IMG/VR virus record: IMGVR_UViG_3300043409_001491
Location: 41,902-105,901 of that record
Source of the DNA: a virus
Reading direction: 5' to 3' (one strand)
Length of the DNA stretch: 64,000 nucleotides
In this document: one piece after another, positions 18,581 to 29,385 of the stretch
How the letters are laid out: the number at the start of each line of letters is the position of its first letter
Numbering within the stretch: the first letter of the stretch is position 1
Notes under the pieces: model-generated
What the model was told of the DNA's origin: nothing
Databases searched by the model: none
The model's input: the letters and a program-made list of their open reading frames with translations, nothing else
Position numbers and translations under genes: made by a program

Positions 18581-21500
18581 ATGTCTAACCCATCCAATTT
18601 GTATGCAGAGAAGATCTTTAGTGAACACCCTCTGGTTCTTTGGGCACTAGACGATAAACTTGATTATATAAGTTTAATCTCAGAGGCACAAAGAAATATT
18701 CTTGGTCTTTGGTCTGCAACAAATTGCACCGCTTACTCTGGCACCTCTTTTGCAGGGGAGCCATTTCCAGCCAGTTATAATACAAAGATTAGATGTACCG
18801 TACCAGTAGGACTAACAAATGAGGCAACATTAATAAGTCCTGACATTATAAATTTTCAAGATCTAGATTCAAGCCTTAAAACATTTTCTATAGGTACTCA
18901 TTTTTATTCAAATAGTCCATACCTTGAATCAGTCTCTATTGGATACGAATACACAGATACAACAACTTCTCAAATAATTCAAAATTTAAAAACATTTCAA
19001 ACATCTATATTCCAGCAATGGGGTTTTGTGTCAGAAACATTTCAAATTCCAGATGAAAGTACAGGTTTAAGAATAATCATAAAACTTGTAACAACTGATG
19101 GAGGGGCTGTTGCAGCAGACTACGAATTTTATTTAAATGGAATAACCCTTGGTCAGTGGTCTGAAGAGTTTAATGTTTCATCTTTAGGTGTTGACTCACA
19201 GCCTTTCCCAGATGATATCACTTTAGAAACAACAAGCAGAGTTGTTCCTGCATCAGCCTATGGAATTTCATCAGACACTGGCTACTACCTTGTAAACAAT
19301 AAATCCTTGGTTGCAAAAAATACTGGCATCCCACTAGTCTTTGGTGCATCTGGAATTACAAAACTTACACCAAATAATGGTAGTCCGTCAGTTATTTTTC
19401 CTGGAAAAGGATTCTTGCATGAAGTTGGAAGATACAATAACTACACTGTTGAGTTTTGGACAAGAATAAGTTCAGAGTCCACTACGGCTAAAAAAATATT
19501 TGGTCCAATTGGAAGTAGCGATGGCTTGTATGTAGAAGATGGATTCTTGACACTTTTAATTGGTGAAAGTTTTAATTCTCATTTTGTTTCTGAGTGGTTT
19601 AGGCCAATGTTGATACACATTGCAGTAGTAAATAACAGTGCAGTTGTTATGATAAATGGAGAGCAGGTTATTTCTTTAGATTTTAGCACTGCTTCTATGA
19701 GCCTTCCAGATGGAGTTGATGAAGATTGGGTTGGGTTCTATTCTTATGAAGATGTTACACCAATTGAGATTGATTGTTTTGCCATTTACTCTTATCGCGT
19801 TCCAGATGTTGTTGCAAAAAGAAGATGGGTATATGGTCAGGGAGTCGGATCATCAGAATCAATTGACTCTGCATATTCAGGAACCTCTGCTGCAATTGAC
19901 TATACATTTGCAGACTATACAGCCAACTATACTTATCCAAGTTTTGCACAATGGCAACAGGGAAGTTTTGATAATTTAGCAACTACAGAAAAATACTTAA
20001 AAACCCCAGACTACTCCTTGCCAACAATTTTTACTGGAACAAAAACATTACAAGACATGTACGACGAATCAGAAACACTGTTTGATAACCTTACTAGTGG
20101 AAACATAGGAACTGATTATAGGTTTATATCTTTAAATCCTAATTCGACTTGGGATAATGAAGGAGCCTATATATATTTTACAAACTTTAATGTTTTAAAT
20201 GATCAAGTCGCATCTCTCTATGGAGTTTTTGAAATAGGAAATGAAGGAAGCGGAACAGATCAAGAAGAAAAAATATTATTTAAGGTTTACAGTCAAAGTA
20301 CTGGAAACTATTTTATAGTTAAAGTTGATGGACTTGAGATTGTATACTCTTTAAATTATGGAGGAACCGAAGAAGAAATTTATCGTGTAGAGAATATTTC
20401 TTTAAATGAACCATTTCCAGCAGGGTTTAATATTGAAACACTTGTAGGAGCGTTTGGAGGAAATCTTTCAACATTCTTTGGTAATCAAAACTCTTTAAGC
20501 CTTTATGTTGGAGGCGACAATAATGGAGATAAGACATTTAATGGATACATATATTCAGTTGGATTTTCAACAAAGTCAAATTTAAATTTAATATCAGGTG
20601 TCTTTAATTCTTCTGGCGTTATAGTTAATGAAAATGATACAACATTAAGTGATATAGTAACAGCAGGGCTTTATAATCAAGATGGGGACCTAGTTGATGC
20701 TGAATTTTATAACACTGAATTTTGGGCTTACCTCTACGATGGCGGAACAGTAAAATCAAATTCTACAATTCTACTGGAGCATATGGCAAGTTATACACTC
20801 CTGCCAACATTTTCATATAACAAACTATTCTTAGATATTGGTATTGCTGGTCATTGGGAAGATTATCTGCCGTTGTCTTATTTTGGACAATATGTTGAAA
20901 ATGAGGCTGGAAATTCTTTTTATGATTTAGATTTTTTACAGTTTAACTTGGGATATCCATCACCAGATACATTGCTAGAATCAACGGCACAAGGAACAAT
21001 AACTTATGAAGACTTAATGAATAGTTATAAAACACCAGTCAGTAAAACGTATGCTCAACTGCAAAATATAATCCTTACTGGATGGAATAACTATGTAGAT
21101 ATGCTAGAAAATTCTTTAAAATATTATGAATACAATACCGAAAATGAATCTATTAGAAGTTATGTAACTTTCCAGTATGTGGATGAAGGTGCAAATGCTT
21201 TGTCAAGTTATTTCACAGAGACTGTTTCTCCACAAGAAAGTTCTGTTATTGATGTGTCCGATTACCCCTCTTGGCAAAGTACAAAGTTTGAAATTATTGA
21301 TAATACATTAGTTTATCCAAGAAAAGATATAGATTTCAATAAACTGGCAGTTGTTTATAGCATTGATTTTAATGTTAGTGGAATAATTAAAAAACCAGTC
21401 ATTCTAAAAAAGTTAGAGATTGCCTCTCAATCACTTAATGATAACTCCTTTAATCCAATTGGAACAAGATTCGGTTCTGACCTTTTCCCATACAAGAGGT

Positions 21501-22315
21501 CTGGACTTTACTATGATTATAAATCAAAGAATCCATTTAGCATTTATAAAGGAAGCACACCTTACTTATATACAAACCGTACATCTGGAATCCAGGTTCG
21601 TGGAGATTTTGATTTAAACGAAGATCGTGGTATCTCTATGCCAGTAAATCAGTCTGTTGCAGATAACTATAGAGTAAGCGCCTTTCAATCATGGGTCAAG
21701 TATGAGCAAAGGGTTTTTCCACTAACCCCAATAGCATTATTTGAGGTTGAAAATAAAAATAATACAATTGTATTTTATGTTGTTGCAAATGACAAATTTG
21801 GTAAAAGAGGGGTTGTTTATGCAAAAAACAAAAATGATAACTCTGATTTCAATGAAATTGCATATTTTATAAATGGAAAGGCTGTTCGTGAACCAGTATT
21901 AACAGTTAAAGAGTGGTCTGTCTTGGGAATTAATTTTACAACAGATTTAAACTTTGACTTGTTCTTAGGCTCTATAAATTTAAAGGGGCCAGCAATCTTT
22001 AATAATATCTCATATTATCAAGCAAATAATCTTCAACAGTTACAATCAAAGATTAATAGACCATGGAACAAGGTTAAGCAAGATGGTGCTATAGATTATG
22101 ATTGGTCATACTGGCTAAATAACTATACTTGGGATGGAGTCTTGTCGGTATCTTCTTCTCCTCTATATGGCGTAAACTCCCAAGATGTTTATAATAATTA
22201 CATGGGAACTAATAAGATTATCATTGATGACGAAGAAGGTATGGTATTTGATGCCGATAAGATGAGAGTATATAATGACACTACTTGGTCAGTATCAGTG
22301 GGGGCTCCAGTATGA
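18581..22315 (+). CDS. Large putative virion protein with LamG/concanavalin-like region
   Basis: HPLVLWALDD, YTVEFW, IDCFAIYSY pattern; 1244 aa, beta-rich. Confidence 0.6.
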   Translation: MSNPSNLYAEKIFSEHPLVLWALDDKLDYISLISEAQRNILGLWSATNCTAYSGTSFAGEPFPASYNTKIRCTVPVGLTNEATLISPDIINFQDLDSSLKTFSIGTHFYSNSPYLESVSIGYEYTDTTTSQIIQNLKTFQTSIFQQWGFVSETFQIPDESTGLRIIIKLVTTDGGAVAADYEFYLNGITLGQWSEEFNVSSLGVDSQPFPDDITLETTSRVVPASAYGISSDTGYYLVNNKSLVAKNTGIPLVFGASGITKLTPNNGSPSVIFPGKGFLHEVGRYNNYTVEFWTRISSESTTAKKIFGPIGSSDGLYVEDGFLTLLIGESFNSHFVSEWFRPMLIHIAVVNNSAVVMINGEQVISLDFSTASMSLPDGVDEDWVGFYSYEDVTPIEIDCFAIYSYRVPDVVAKRRWVYGQGVGSSESIDSAYSGTSAAIDYTFADYTANYTYPSFAQWQQGSFDNLATTEKYLKTPDYSLPTIFTGTKTLQDMYDESETLFDNLTSGNIGTDYRFISLNPNSTWDNEGAYIYFTNFNVLNDQVASLYGVFEIGNEGSGTDQEEKILFKVYSQSTGNYFIVKVDGLEIVYSLNYGGTEEEIYRVENISLNEPFPAGFNIETLVGAFGGNLSTFFGNQNSLSLYVGGDNNGDKTFNGYIYSVGFSTKSNLNLISGVFNSSGVIVNENDTTLSDIVTAGLYNQDGDLVDAEFYNTEFWAYLYDGGTVKSNSTILLEHMASYTLLPTFSYNKLFLDIGIAGHWEDYLPLSYFGQYVENEAGNSFYDLDFLQFNLGYPSPDTLLESTAQGTITYEDLMNSYKTPVSKTYAQLQNIILTGWNNYVDMLENSLKYYEYNTENESIRSYVTFQYVDEGANALSSYFTETVSPQESSVIDVSDYPSWQSTKFEIIDNTLVYPRKDIDFNKLAVVYSIDFNVSGIIKKPVILKKLEIASQSLNDNSFNPIGTRFGSDLFPYKRSGLYYDYKSKNPFSIYKGSTPYLYTNRTSGIQVRGDFDLNEDRGISMPVNQSVADNYRVSAFQSWVKYEQRVFPLTPIALFEVENKNNTIVFYVVANDKFGKRGVVYAKNKNDNSDFNEIAYFINGKAVREPVLTVKEWSVLGINFTTDLNFDLFLGSINLKGPAIFNNISYYQANNLQQLQSKINRPWNKVKQDGAIDYDWSYWLNNYTWDGVLSVSSSPLYGVNSQDVYNNYMGTNKIIIDDEEGMVFDADKMRVYNDTTWSVSVGAPV

Positions 22316-22317
22316 TC

Positions 22318-22326
22318 TGGTATACT
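22318..22326 (+). promoter_or_regulatory. Extended -10 promoter, probable leaderless transcript
   Basis: TGGTATACT 7 nt before ATG 22334. Confidence 0.55.
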
Positions 22327-22333
22327 TATGGTT

Positions 22334-22732
22334 ATGGATTCTCTATTTAGCCCAAAAACTGGCAAACCAATTGTTGAAAATGTACGACGTAAGGTCATTG
22401 ATAAGCATTATGACTGGGGTCTGTACGTATACAAGAAGTCAAACGGAAAGTGGTTTACTGATGGAACTGGTTCTGTATTAAACATTCCCGCTCAAAAAGG
22501 TGACATCTCAAAGATTGCAGAACTTAAAAGGGCTGCAGTATTTAATGGTGACGATGGAGAAGGCACAGCACATTTTGTTGCTGGATTAACAAGGATATCT
22601 GAAGAAGAATACTCAGAACAAAAAGACAGAATGATCCAAGGATTAATTCCAAACGTGAATGATCTAGGAGCAATTGCAGATGCACAGAAAACATTAAAAA
22701 CATATGGAAAGGATGCGTACGAAAGTGACTGA
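22334..22732 (+). CDS. Hypothetical protein preceding portal
   Basis: Open ORF; start moved to ATG 22334 given the promoter position. Confidence 0.65.
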   Translation: MDSLFSPKTGKPIVENVRRKVIDKHYDWGLYVYKKSNGKWFTDGTGSVLNIPAQKGDISKIAELKRAAVFNGDDGEGTAHFVAGLTRISEEEYSEQKDRMIQGLIPNVNDLGAIADAQKTLKTYGKDAYESD

Positions 22733-24332
22733 TGATGATAACTTCCAGTATGTTAGGGCAAGTCTAAACACTCAAGAACAAGAGGATAGCCAGTTTAAGG
22801 GCAGCGACCCATTTAATAAAAACTGGGAAGAGTTAAAAGAATACTCTGGCCTAGATCAAAACTTTCGCCGTCGCATAGTAAGACAGATTAGCAAAGCGGT
22901 ATCTCCAACAGCAGCATATCTAGACTCTGCAAATGCAGTGCCTGCTGGAGTAGACGATGCTGGATCAAAGGCTCTTAATCCTGGAACTGTATACAGAAAT
23001 GGATACGGTCTATTTGATGTAATTACACCACCATACAACATGTATGAACTAGCAAATTTTTATGACACATGTTTTTCAAACCACGCTGCAATTGATGCAA
23101 AGGTAGAAAACATTGTAGGTCTTGGTTATAGGTTTGATGTTACAGATAGAACTTCACTAAGACTAGAAACTTCAGAAGATGAGGGCGCAACTGGTAGAGC
23201 AAGAAGTAGAATTGAAAGAGCAAAGATTGAACTTCGTGATTGGCTAGAAAACCTAAACGATGATGATAGTTTTACAAAAATCATGGAAAAGGTTTATACC
23301 GATGTTGAGGCAACAGGTAACGGGTTTATTGAAGTAGGTAGAACACTTAAGGGCGACATAGGTTACATTGGTCATATACCAGCAACAACTGTTCGTGTTC
23401 GTAGACTTAACGATGGCTACCTTCAAATTATTGGTCAGGCCGTTGTTTACTTTAGAAATTTTGGTGCAACCAATCCAAACCCAGTAACAGCAGATGGCCG
23501 TGCAAATGAGATTATTCACCTCAAGTCATACTCTCCATTAAATACTTATTATGGAATTCCAGATATTGTTTCTGCAATGCCGTCATTGATTGGTGATCAA
23601 CTAGCATCAAGATATAACATTGATTATTTTGAAAACAAGGCTGTACCACGATATATCATTACCTTAAAAGGTGCAAAACTTTCTGGAGACGCAGAAGATA
23701 AAATGTTTAGATTTTTACAGACTGGGCTTAAGTCACAGTCTCACAGAACCCTTTATATTCCACTTCCTGGAGATACAGACCAGAACAAGGTTGAGTTTAA
23801 GATGGAGCCAATTGAAAACGGTATCCAAGAAGGATCTTTCAAGGAGTATCGTAAACAAAATCGTGACGACATTCTGATTGCTCATCAGGTTCCTATATCT
23901 AAACTTGGTGGTTCAGATTCTGGTTTGGCAGCAGCACTCTCTCAAGATCGTACATTTAAGGAGCAGGTTGCTAGACCAGCACAACATCATTTAGAGAAGG
24001 TCGTTAATAAGATTATTAAAGAAAAAACAGATGTCCTTGAACTTAAGTTTAATGAACTAACTCTTACAGATGAAATTGCTCAATCACAGATTCTTGAAAG
24101 ACTTGTTAAGACTCAGATTATGATGCCAAACGAGGCTCGTCAGGCTCTTGATTTGCCACAACGTAAAGATGGAGATGAACCATTTGTAATGACTCCAAGA
24201 GAAGCAACTGATGCTAGAGCAAACGCTTCTGGCAACAGAGAAAGAGATACAGAAAGAACAAACAACAATTCTGACTCCCCAAGTACAGTTGCTGGACGCA
24301 ATCCTGCGGGTGAGGGTAGATCGTCTCAGTAA
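22725..24332 (+). CDS. Portal protein
   Basis: GNGFIEV, EIIHLK..SP...YYGIPD, YFENKAVP, ILIAHQVP, MPNEAR..L.LP..DGDE; GTG start inferred. Confidence 0.9.
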   Translation: MTDDDNFQYVRASLNTQEQEDSQFKGSDPFNKNWEELKEYSGLDQNFRRRIVRQISKAVSPTAAYLDSANAVPAGVDDAGSKALNPGTVYRNGYGLFDVITPPYNMYELANFYDTCFSNHAAIDAKVENIVGLGYRFDVTDRTSLRLETSEDEGATGRARSRIERAKIELRDWLENLNDDDSFTKIMEKVYTDVEATGNGFIEVGRTLKGDIGYIGHIPATTVRVRRLNDGYLQIIGQAVVYFRNFGATNPNPVTADGRANEIIHLKSYSPLNTYYGIPDIVSAMPSLIGDQLASRYNIDYFENKAVPRYIITLKGAKLSGDAEDKMFRFLQTGLKSQSHRTLYIPLPGDTDQNKVEFKMEPIENGIQEGSFKEYRKQNRDDILIAHQVPISKLGGSDSGLAAALSQDRTFKEQVARPAQHHLEKVVNKIIKEKTDVLELKFNELTLTDEIAQSQILERLVKTQIMMPNEARQALDLPQRKDGDEPFVMTPREATDARANASGNRERDTERTNNNSDSPSTVAGRNPAGEGRSSQ

Positions 24333-24354
24333 TTGAGAAATCTAATAAAACATT

Positions 24355-24363
24355 TGGTATAAT
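24355..24363 (+). promoter_or_regulatory. Extended -10 promoter
   Basis: TGGTATAAT overlaps the track's ATG 24362, implying a true start at ATG 24374. Confidence 0.55.
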
Positions 24364-24373
24364 GGACTCTGAT

Positions 24374-25672
24374 ATGATAATAAATAAGGCAAACTGGACA
24401 ACAGACAAGGATAGCCTACGTCTGTCAATGCCTATTGGCAAGGTAGACGTAGAACGCCGTATGGTTTCTGGTTTTGCATCTTTGGATAATATTGACAAGC
24501 AAGATGACATTGTTACAGCAGAAGCAAGTGTTCAGGCATTTAAAAATTTCAAGGGTAACCTAAGAGAAATGCATCAGCCATCAGCAGTAGGAAAGATGAT
24601 CTCATTTAAAGAAGATCGCTATTTTGACCCAAATTCAAAAAAGTTTTATAACGGAGTTTATGTCTCTGCTTATGTTTCAAAGGGTGCACAAAATGCCTGG
24701 GAGAAAGTCCTAGATGGCACATACACTGGTTTTTCTATTGGTGGCAATATCAAGGTTTGGGATGATGCATATAATGCAGACTTAGACAAGTCAATTCGCA
24801 TTATTAAAGATTATGACCTTTATGAATTGTCATTAGTTGATAGCCCAGCAAATCAATTTGCAAGCATCATATCTGTTGAAAAAGTAAATGGTCAGAGTGT
24901 TGTAACTGGAACATCCGCAGACACTGTTATTGAAAATGTTTTTTACGATTCCGAAAACGGTATTGTATTAGTTTCTGACTCAGAAACAGAAGCAAGCCCA
25001 GTCAGTGGTAAGAACATGGAAAACATTGGTTTCGTAGAAAAGAATGATGAAGAAAAAGCAAACATGATAAAGTTCTTAGTTGATAGTGCTAAAGGCATTA
25101 GTACAATTAAGATTACCAAGGAGGTAAATAAAATGACAGAAGCAACAGAAGCAGCAGTAGATGCTGTAGTTGAAAATGTTGAAATTACTCCAGAGGCACA
25201 GCCAGCAGAAGTAGAAACTCCTGCAGTCGTTGAAGCAGCAGCAACAGATACTGTTGTTGAAAAGTCAGACGATGGTGGTGCAGTTCCTTCTGCTCCAGTA
25301 GTAGAAGAAGAGAGCGTTGCTCCAGCAGTTGAAGCCGAACTTGCTGTAGCAAAGTCAGATGAATCAGTTGCAGATGCAGTTGCTGAAATCAAGAACTCTC
25401 TTACTAATGCCTTTGGCGATCTCGCTACAACCATTAAGTCTCTTAATGAGCAGGTTGCAGCACTTAGCAAGTCCGTTGAAACTGTGTCTACAGAAGTAAC
25501 ACAGGTCAAGGGTCAGTTCAATGAGTTTGGAAAGAGAGTAGATGCCGTAGAGCAAGATACCGCTTTCCGCAAGTCTGGCGATCTAGGCGAGATCGTGCAG
25601 TTTGAGCCTGTAAAGGTTCAGAAATCCCTATGGGGCGGACGTTTCCTCAAAAATTCCGACCTATTTAATTAA
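24374..25672 (+). CDS. HK97-type prohead protease fused to an acidic scaffold
   Basis: VSGFAS...DKQDD, REMH, GFSIGG, ELSLVDSPAN; Glu/Ala-rich coiled C-terminal half. Confidence 0.85.
   Translation: MIINKANWTTDKDSLRLSMPIGKVDVERRMVSGFASLDNIDKQDDIVTAEASVQAFKNFKGNLREMHQPSAVGKMISFKEDRYFDPNSKKFYNGVYVSAYVSKGAQNAWEKVLDGTYTGFSIGGNIKVWDDAYNADLDKSIRIIKDYDLYELSLVDSPANQFASIISVEKVNGQSVVTGTSADTVIENVFYDSENGIVLVSDSETEASPVSGKNMENIGFVEKNDEEKANMIKFLVDSAKGISTIKITKEVNKMTEATEAAVDAVVENVEITPEAQPAEVETPAVVEAAATDTVVEKSDDGGAVPSAPVVEEESVAPAVEAELAVAKSDESVADAVAEIKNSLTNAFGDLATTIKSLNEQVAALSKSVETVSTEVTQVKGQFNEFGKRVDAVEQDTAFRKSGDLGEIVQFEPVKVQKSLWGGRFLKNSDLFN
25133..25672 (+). CDS. Nested in-frame scaffolding protein
   Basis: AAGGAGGT SD 7 nt before in-frame ATG 25133 at the protease/scaffold boundary. 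Confidence 0.65.
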   Translation: MTEATEAAVDAVVENVEITPEAQPAEVETPAVVEAAATDTVVEKSDDGGAVPSAPVVEEESVAPAVEAELAVAKSDESVADAVAEIKNSLTNAFGDLATTIKSLNEQVAALSKSVETVSTEVTQVKGQFNEFGKRVDAVEQDTAFRKSGDLGEIVQFEPVKVQKSLWGGRFLKNSDLFN

Positions 25673-25698
25673 CAATATATTCACTAGGAGGTGAAATA

Positions 25699-26865
25699 AT
25701 GTCAGAACAAGATAAAGATATAGCCAAGAACTATCCAGGTTCAGGTGGCTCAGGAGCAGAACTTAACTCCCAGGGCTCACTCGTATCAGGTGGTGTTGGT
25801 AGTGCTACAGGTCTAGACTCAGCAGCAGCGTCTGTTGGATCACAACTTGGTAACACAGCAACAGCAAACTTTGGTGTAACAACTGGAGCAAATGCTGTAA
25901 ACCCAACTGGGGCAGCAGGTGGTATTCTTGCACCAGAACAGGCTCGTCGCTTCATCGACTACGTGTGGGATGCAACAGTACTCGCCAAAGATGGTCGTAA
26001 AGTTACAATGAGAGCAAACACAATGGAAATCGAAAAGGTTAACGTTGGAGAGCGTGTCATTCGTGCAGCAGCGCAGGGTAGTCCAAACTACACAAACGCT
26101 GGTGCAACATTTACAAAGGTAGAACTTACTACAAAGAAGATTCGTCTTGATTGGGAAGTTTCTACAGAATCATTAGAAGACAATATTGAAGGTGGAGCAC
26201 TTGAAGATCATCTAGTTCGCTTGATGACAAATGCATTCGCAAACGATATTGAAGACCTTGCCATTAATGGTGATGGTGCTACAGGTGATTTCCTTTCAAT
26301 CATGAACGGTTTCGTAAAGCAGACTACAGATTCTGTATACACAGGTGGACAGTATGTAAACGATGCTCATGAGTCAGTTGTTACTGTAACAAGTGATGCT
26401 TGGACACCAACGGTAATGCAGAATATTATTCTTGCAATGCCACGTAAGTATCGTGCAGTTAAGTCGAACCTAAAGTTCTACGCTGGTACAGATGCTTTCC
26501 AGGGTATCGTTGCAAACAACGGTACACTTGGCGACGCAATTGCAGAAGCATTTGCTGGTCGTCCAGCAGGTACACCTGCAAACCGTCAAGACTACCTTGA
26601 TGGAAACGCACAGACAATTGGTAATGCACGTACAACTCGTGTATTAGGAATTGATGTAATGGAAGTTCCTTACTACCCAGATGGTTTCGTCGACTTGACA
26701 TTCCCATCAAACCGTGTATGGGGATTCCAGCGTGATATTACTGTAAACCGTGAATACAAGCCAAAGAAGGATACAATTGAATACACAGTATTCGTCCGCT
26801 TTGGTATTCAATGGGAAGAACTAGATGCAGTTGCTTATGCAGATGCAAACTCTACTTCTGAGTAA
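25699..26865 (+). CDS. Major capsid protein (HK97 fold)
   Basis: GGILAPEQARRFID, ELTTKKIRLDWEVSTESLEDNIEG, DLAINGDG; strong AGGAGGTG RBS; position after scaffold. Confidence 0.9.
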   Translation: MSEQDKDIAKNYPGSGGSGAELNSQGSLVSGGVGSATGLDSAAASVGSQLGNTATANFGVTTGANAVNPTGAAGGILAPEQARRFIDYVWDATVLAKDGRKVTMRANTMEIEKVNVGERVIRAAAQGSPNYTNAGATFTKVELTTKKIRLDWEVSTESLEDNIEGGALEDHLVRLMTNAFANDIEDLAINGDGATGDFLSIMNGFVKQTTDSVYTGGQYVNDAHESVVTVTSDAWTPTVMQNIILAMPRKYRAVKSNLKFYAGTDAFQGIVANNGTLGDAIAEAFAGRPAGTPANRQDYLDGNAQTIGNARTTRVLGIDVMEVPYYPDGFVDLTFPSNRVWGFQRDITVNREYKPKKDTIEYTVFVRFGIQWEELDAVAYADANSTSE

Positions 26866-26885
26866 TACTCATAACTAGTTGATTT

Positions 26886-26917
26886 GGGGGGGCGGTGTAA
26901 CAACTGCCCCCCTTCTT
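26886..26917 (+). terminator. Intrinsic terminator after MCP
   Basis: GGGGGGCGGT-loop-ACTGCCCCCC followed by TTCTT. Confidence 0.65.
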
Positions 26918-26924
26918 CACATTC

Positions 26925-26933
26925 TGGTATAAT
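26925..26933 (+). promoter_or_regulatory. Extended -10 promoter
   Basis: TGGTATAAT immediately after the terminator, before AGGAGG. Confidence 0.6.
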
Positions 26934-26946
26934 AACTTAGGAGGAT

Positions 26947-27285
26947 ATGATGATTACAATTGAGGAATTAGTTACAAAAACAGTTTTTGAGTTAAAGTCC
27001 TATGCCAAAAAGAATAATATTAATCTAGATGGGGCAACAACAAAAATACAGATATTGGAAACAATAGGAAGTTTTATTCCAGATCCCAACAAAGAGGTTA
27101 TTGAGCCAAGCAAAACAAATGAGAAAATTGCAATACATTCAAGTAAAAGTATGCATTGGGTAAAGGTTGGCCAACTAACCCCAGGTTATAATATTGTAAC
27201 CAAAGAAGCATCAGAAAAATGGCTAACACGTAAGCAGGTCCGCCTTGCGACACCTGAAGAATTAGCGAATTATTACGGTAAATAA
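26947..27285 (+). CDS. Small protein with Rho-N/HeH-like domain
   Basis: L..KTVFELKSYAKKNNI.L.G.TTK.QILE.I. Confidence 0.6.
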   Translation: MMITIEELVTKTVFELKSYAKKNNINLDGATTKIQILETIGSFIPDPNKEVIEPSKTNEKIAIHSSKSMHWVKVGQLTPGYNIVTKEASEKWLTRKQVRLATPEELANYYGK

Positions 27286-28262
27286 TGCAAATACTTAGAC
27301 TTCCCCCATATCCATTAACCCTTTCTTATACAGTTCCAGATGCATCTACAGAGTATATTATTGTAATTGATGATCTATTGGAACAGACAGAACTTGAGGT
27401 TATTCGTGTTTCTAATGCTCAAAAGGTTTTAACTTATACCCTTACTGACAATTTTCTTAAATATGACAAGTCTTATCCCGTTACAATTTACGAAAGCATT
27501 ACAGTATCTGGAGTTCAAGATATTCGTGGAGATATTGTTCTAGAAGACAATCTAGACATTGTAAGACCATATGTAGATCCAGCAACACTTGGAACAACTC
27601 CAACAGAAATTACAGAATATACAGAGTATGAGAATCTTGCAAGAGCAATAATTGATTCAGTTGTGGGTGGCTTTTATTATAAGAGAACCTACCTAGAAGT
27701 TGTTGGCCAAGGAACTGACTACATTCCGCTATGGGATAAAGTACATAAAATTTTAACGGTACACGAAAATGCAGAACTGGTATATGACTCATCAGAAACT
27801 CCAGCAGCATTAACTACATATAACTATTTAATAACAAAAGACAAGACTGCAATTACAAAGGATCCTGTAGAAACAGTAGATGCTTTAAACCGTGCAGAAA
27901 GAAAACCCGCAAGAATACCATTAGGATACTCAGACTCAATCTCTTTATTTGATACAGAAGACAGCGGAAACGTTCAAACGGTTAGTGGTGGAGTAGCATT
28001 TTCTGAGGGAACAGATTATATTATTCTTCTAGAAACTGGATATAAGGTAGTACCATATGATATTCAAGACGCAACAAAGATGTTAATAAATGATATTAAG
28101 TGTGGAAGACTTGATTATTATAAGAGATACGTAAAAGCCTATAGCACAGAGCAATTTAAGATTGAATATGATAAGAGATTGCTTGATGGAACTGGTAACA
28201 TTCTAGTAGATAAGATTTTAAACAAGTACCTTAATAACATTGTCAAGCCTGGGATTTTATAA
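27285..28262 (+). CDS. Head-tail adaptor
   Basis: E..ARAIID...G; GYKVVPYDIQDATKMLI; position. Confidence 0.65.
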   Translation: MQILRLPPYPLTLSYTVPDASTEYIIVIDDLLEQTELEVIRVSNAQKVLTYTLTDNFLKYDKSYPVTIYESITVSGVQDIRGDIVLEDNLDIVRPYVDPATLGTTPTEITEYTEYENLARAIIDSVVGGFYYKRTYLEVVGQGTDYIPLWDKVHKILTVHENAELVYDSSETPAALTTYNYLITKDKTAITKDPVETVDALNRAERKPARIPLGYSDSISLFDTEDSGNVQTVSGGVAFSEGTDYIILLETGYKVVPYDIQDATKMLINDIKCGRLDYYKRYVKAYSTEQFKIEYDKRLLDGTGNILVDKILNKYLNNIVKPGIL

Positions 28263-28708
28263 TGGAATCATGCGAAGATACAGACTTCATGTATCCCATG
28301 AAAGCAGATGTCTACTATCCAATAGTTGAACAAGGTGCTTATGGCAATGTTCAAAAAACTTGGGTTTTTAATAAAACAATAATTTGTAATTTTTCTAAAG
28401 ATGGAACGGTAGACGAAGAAGTAAAGCCAAATGTAAACATAACATTAAAAAAAGTCTTAATGGGAAGAACAAAAAAAGACATTAGATTCTCACAAGAAAA
28501 CAATGCAGACGCAATAACAAACGTAGTCATAACAAACATTAGAACAAGAACAGATGTTCCCCTGTATATAGAGACTTCTGGAGTTAGGGCTGGTAAATCA
28601 ACAATATACGAGATAGAGTCTCAGTCTCCAATCATAGGACCATTTGGAGATCCAGACTATTATGCTTTGGCTATCCGCCGTTCAGAGAATCAGGCATCGG
28701 ACATATAA
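28262..28708 (+). CDS. Head closure/stopper protein
   Basis: GAYGNVQKTW motif, size and synteny. Confidence 0.55.
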   Translation: MESCEDTDFMYPMKADVYYPIVEQGAYGNVQKTWVFNKTIICNFSKDGTVDEEVKPNVNITLKKVLMGRTKKDIRFSQENNADAITNVVITNIRTRTDVPLYIETSGVRAGKSTIYEIESQSPIIGPFGDPDYYALAIRRSENQASDI

Positions 28709-29385
28709 TGAGAGTATCCGTAAACACTAAGCAATTTACAAAAGAAATGAACAACATTGTTGAATATTCTTTAGGATATCTAGATGGAGTAAAAGCAGGG
28801 AAGTCAGTGTTTTTTAAAAACCTTGGACTAAATGTAAAAGAAGTATTAGAAAAGTATATTGACTCAAATGCAAGGGTAAACCCTCAAGCACTCCACCACA
28901 TATATGAGTGGTCTAAAGTTGGAAGTCCAGAAGCAAGATTATATGATATAAACTATACAGTAAGCAATTTAGGATTATCATTTATGACAAACTTTAAACA
29001 ATCTTCATCAATTAAGAATGGGTCAAATGTTCCATTCTATGATAAGGCAAGAATTATGGAGCAAGGCATTTCAGTTGTGATTACTCCAAAAGATTCTAAT
29101 GTTTTGGTTTTTGAAGAAAATGGAGAAACGGTTTTTACTAAAGGTAGCGTTACGGTTGATAGTCCAGGAGGAGATGCAACCACTGGTGGTTTTGAAAATG
29201 TAGTTGATTCTTTCTTTACAAAGTATTTTACTCAAGCATTTTTAAGATCAAGCGGAGTAGCCGCATATTTAGAAAATCCAGTATTATACAAAAACAATAT
29301 TCGTGCAGGCAAAACTTCTGGAAGATCAAAGGGAGTGTCCGTAGGATATAAATGGATAACAAATGCGGGGCTAATAAATGGCTGA
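28708..29385 (+). CDS. Neck/tail completion protein
   Basis: Synteny; KARIMEQG motif. Confidence 0.5.
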   Translation: MRVSVNTKQFTKEMNNIVEYSLGYLDGVKAGKSVFFKNLGLNVKEVLEKYIDSNARVNPQALHHIYEWSKVGSPEARLYDINYTVSNLGLSFMTNFKQSSSIKNGSNVPFYDKARIMEQGISVVITPKDSNVLVFEENGETVFTKGSVTVDSPGGDATTGGFENVVDSFFTKYFTQAFLRSSGVAAYLENPVLYKNNIRAGKTSGRSKGVSVGYKWITNAGLING

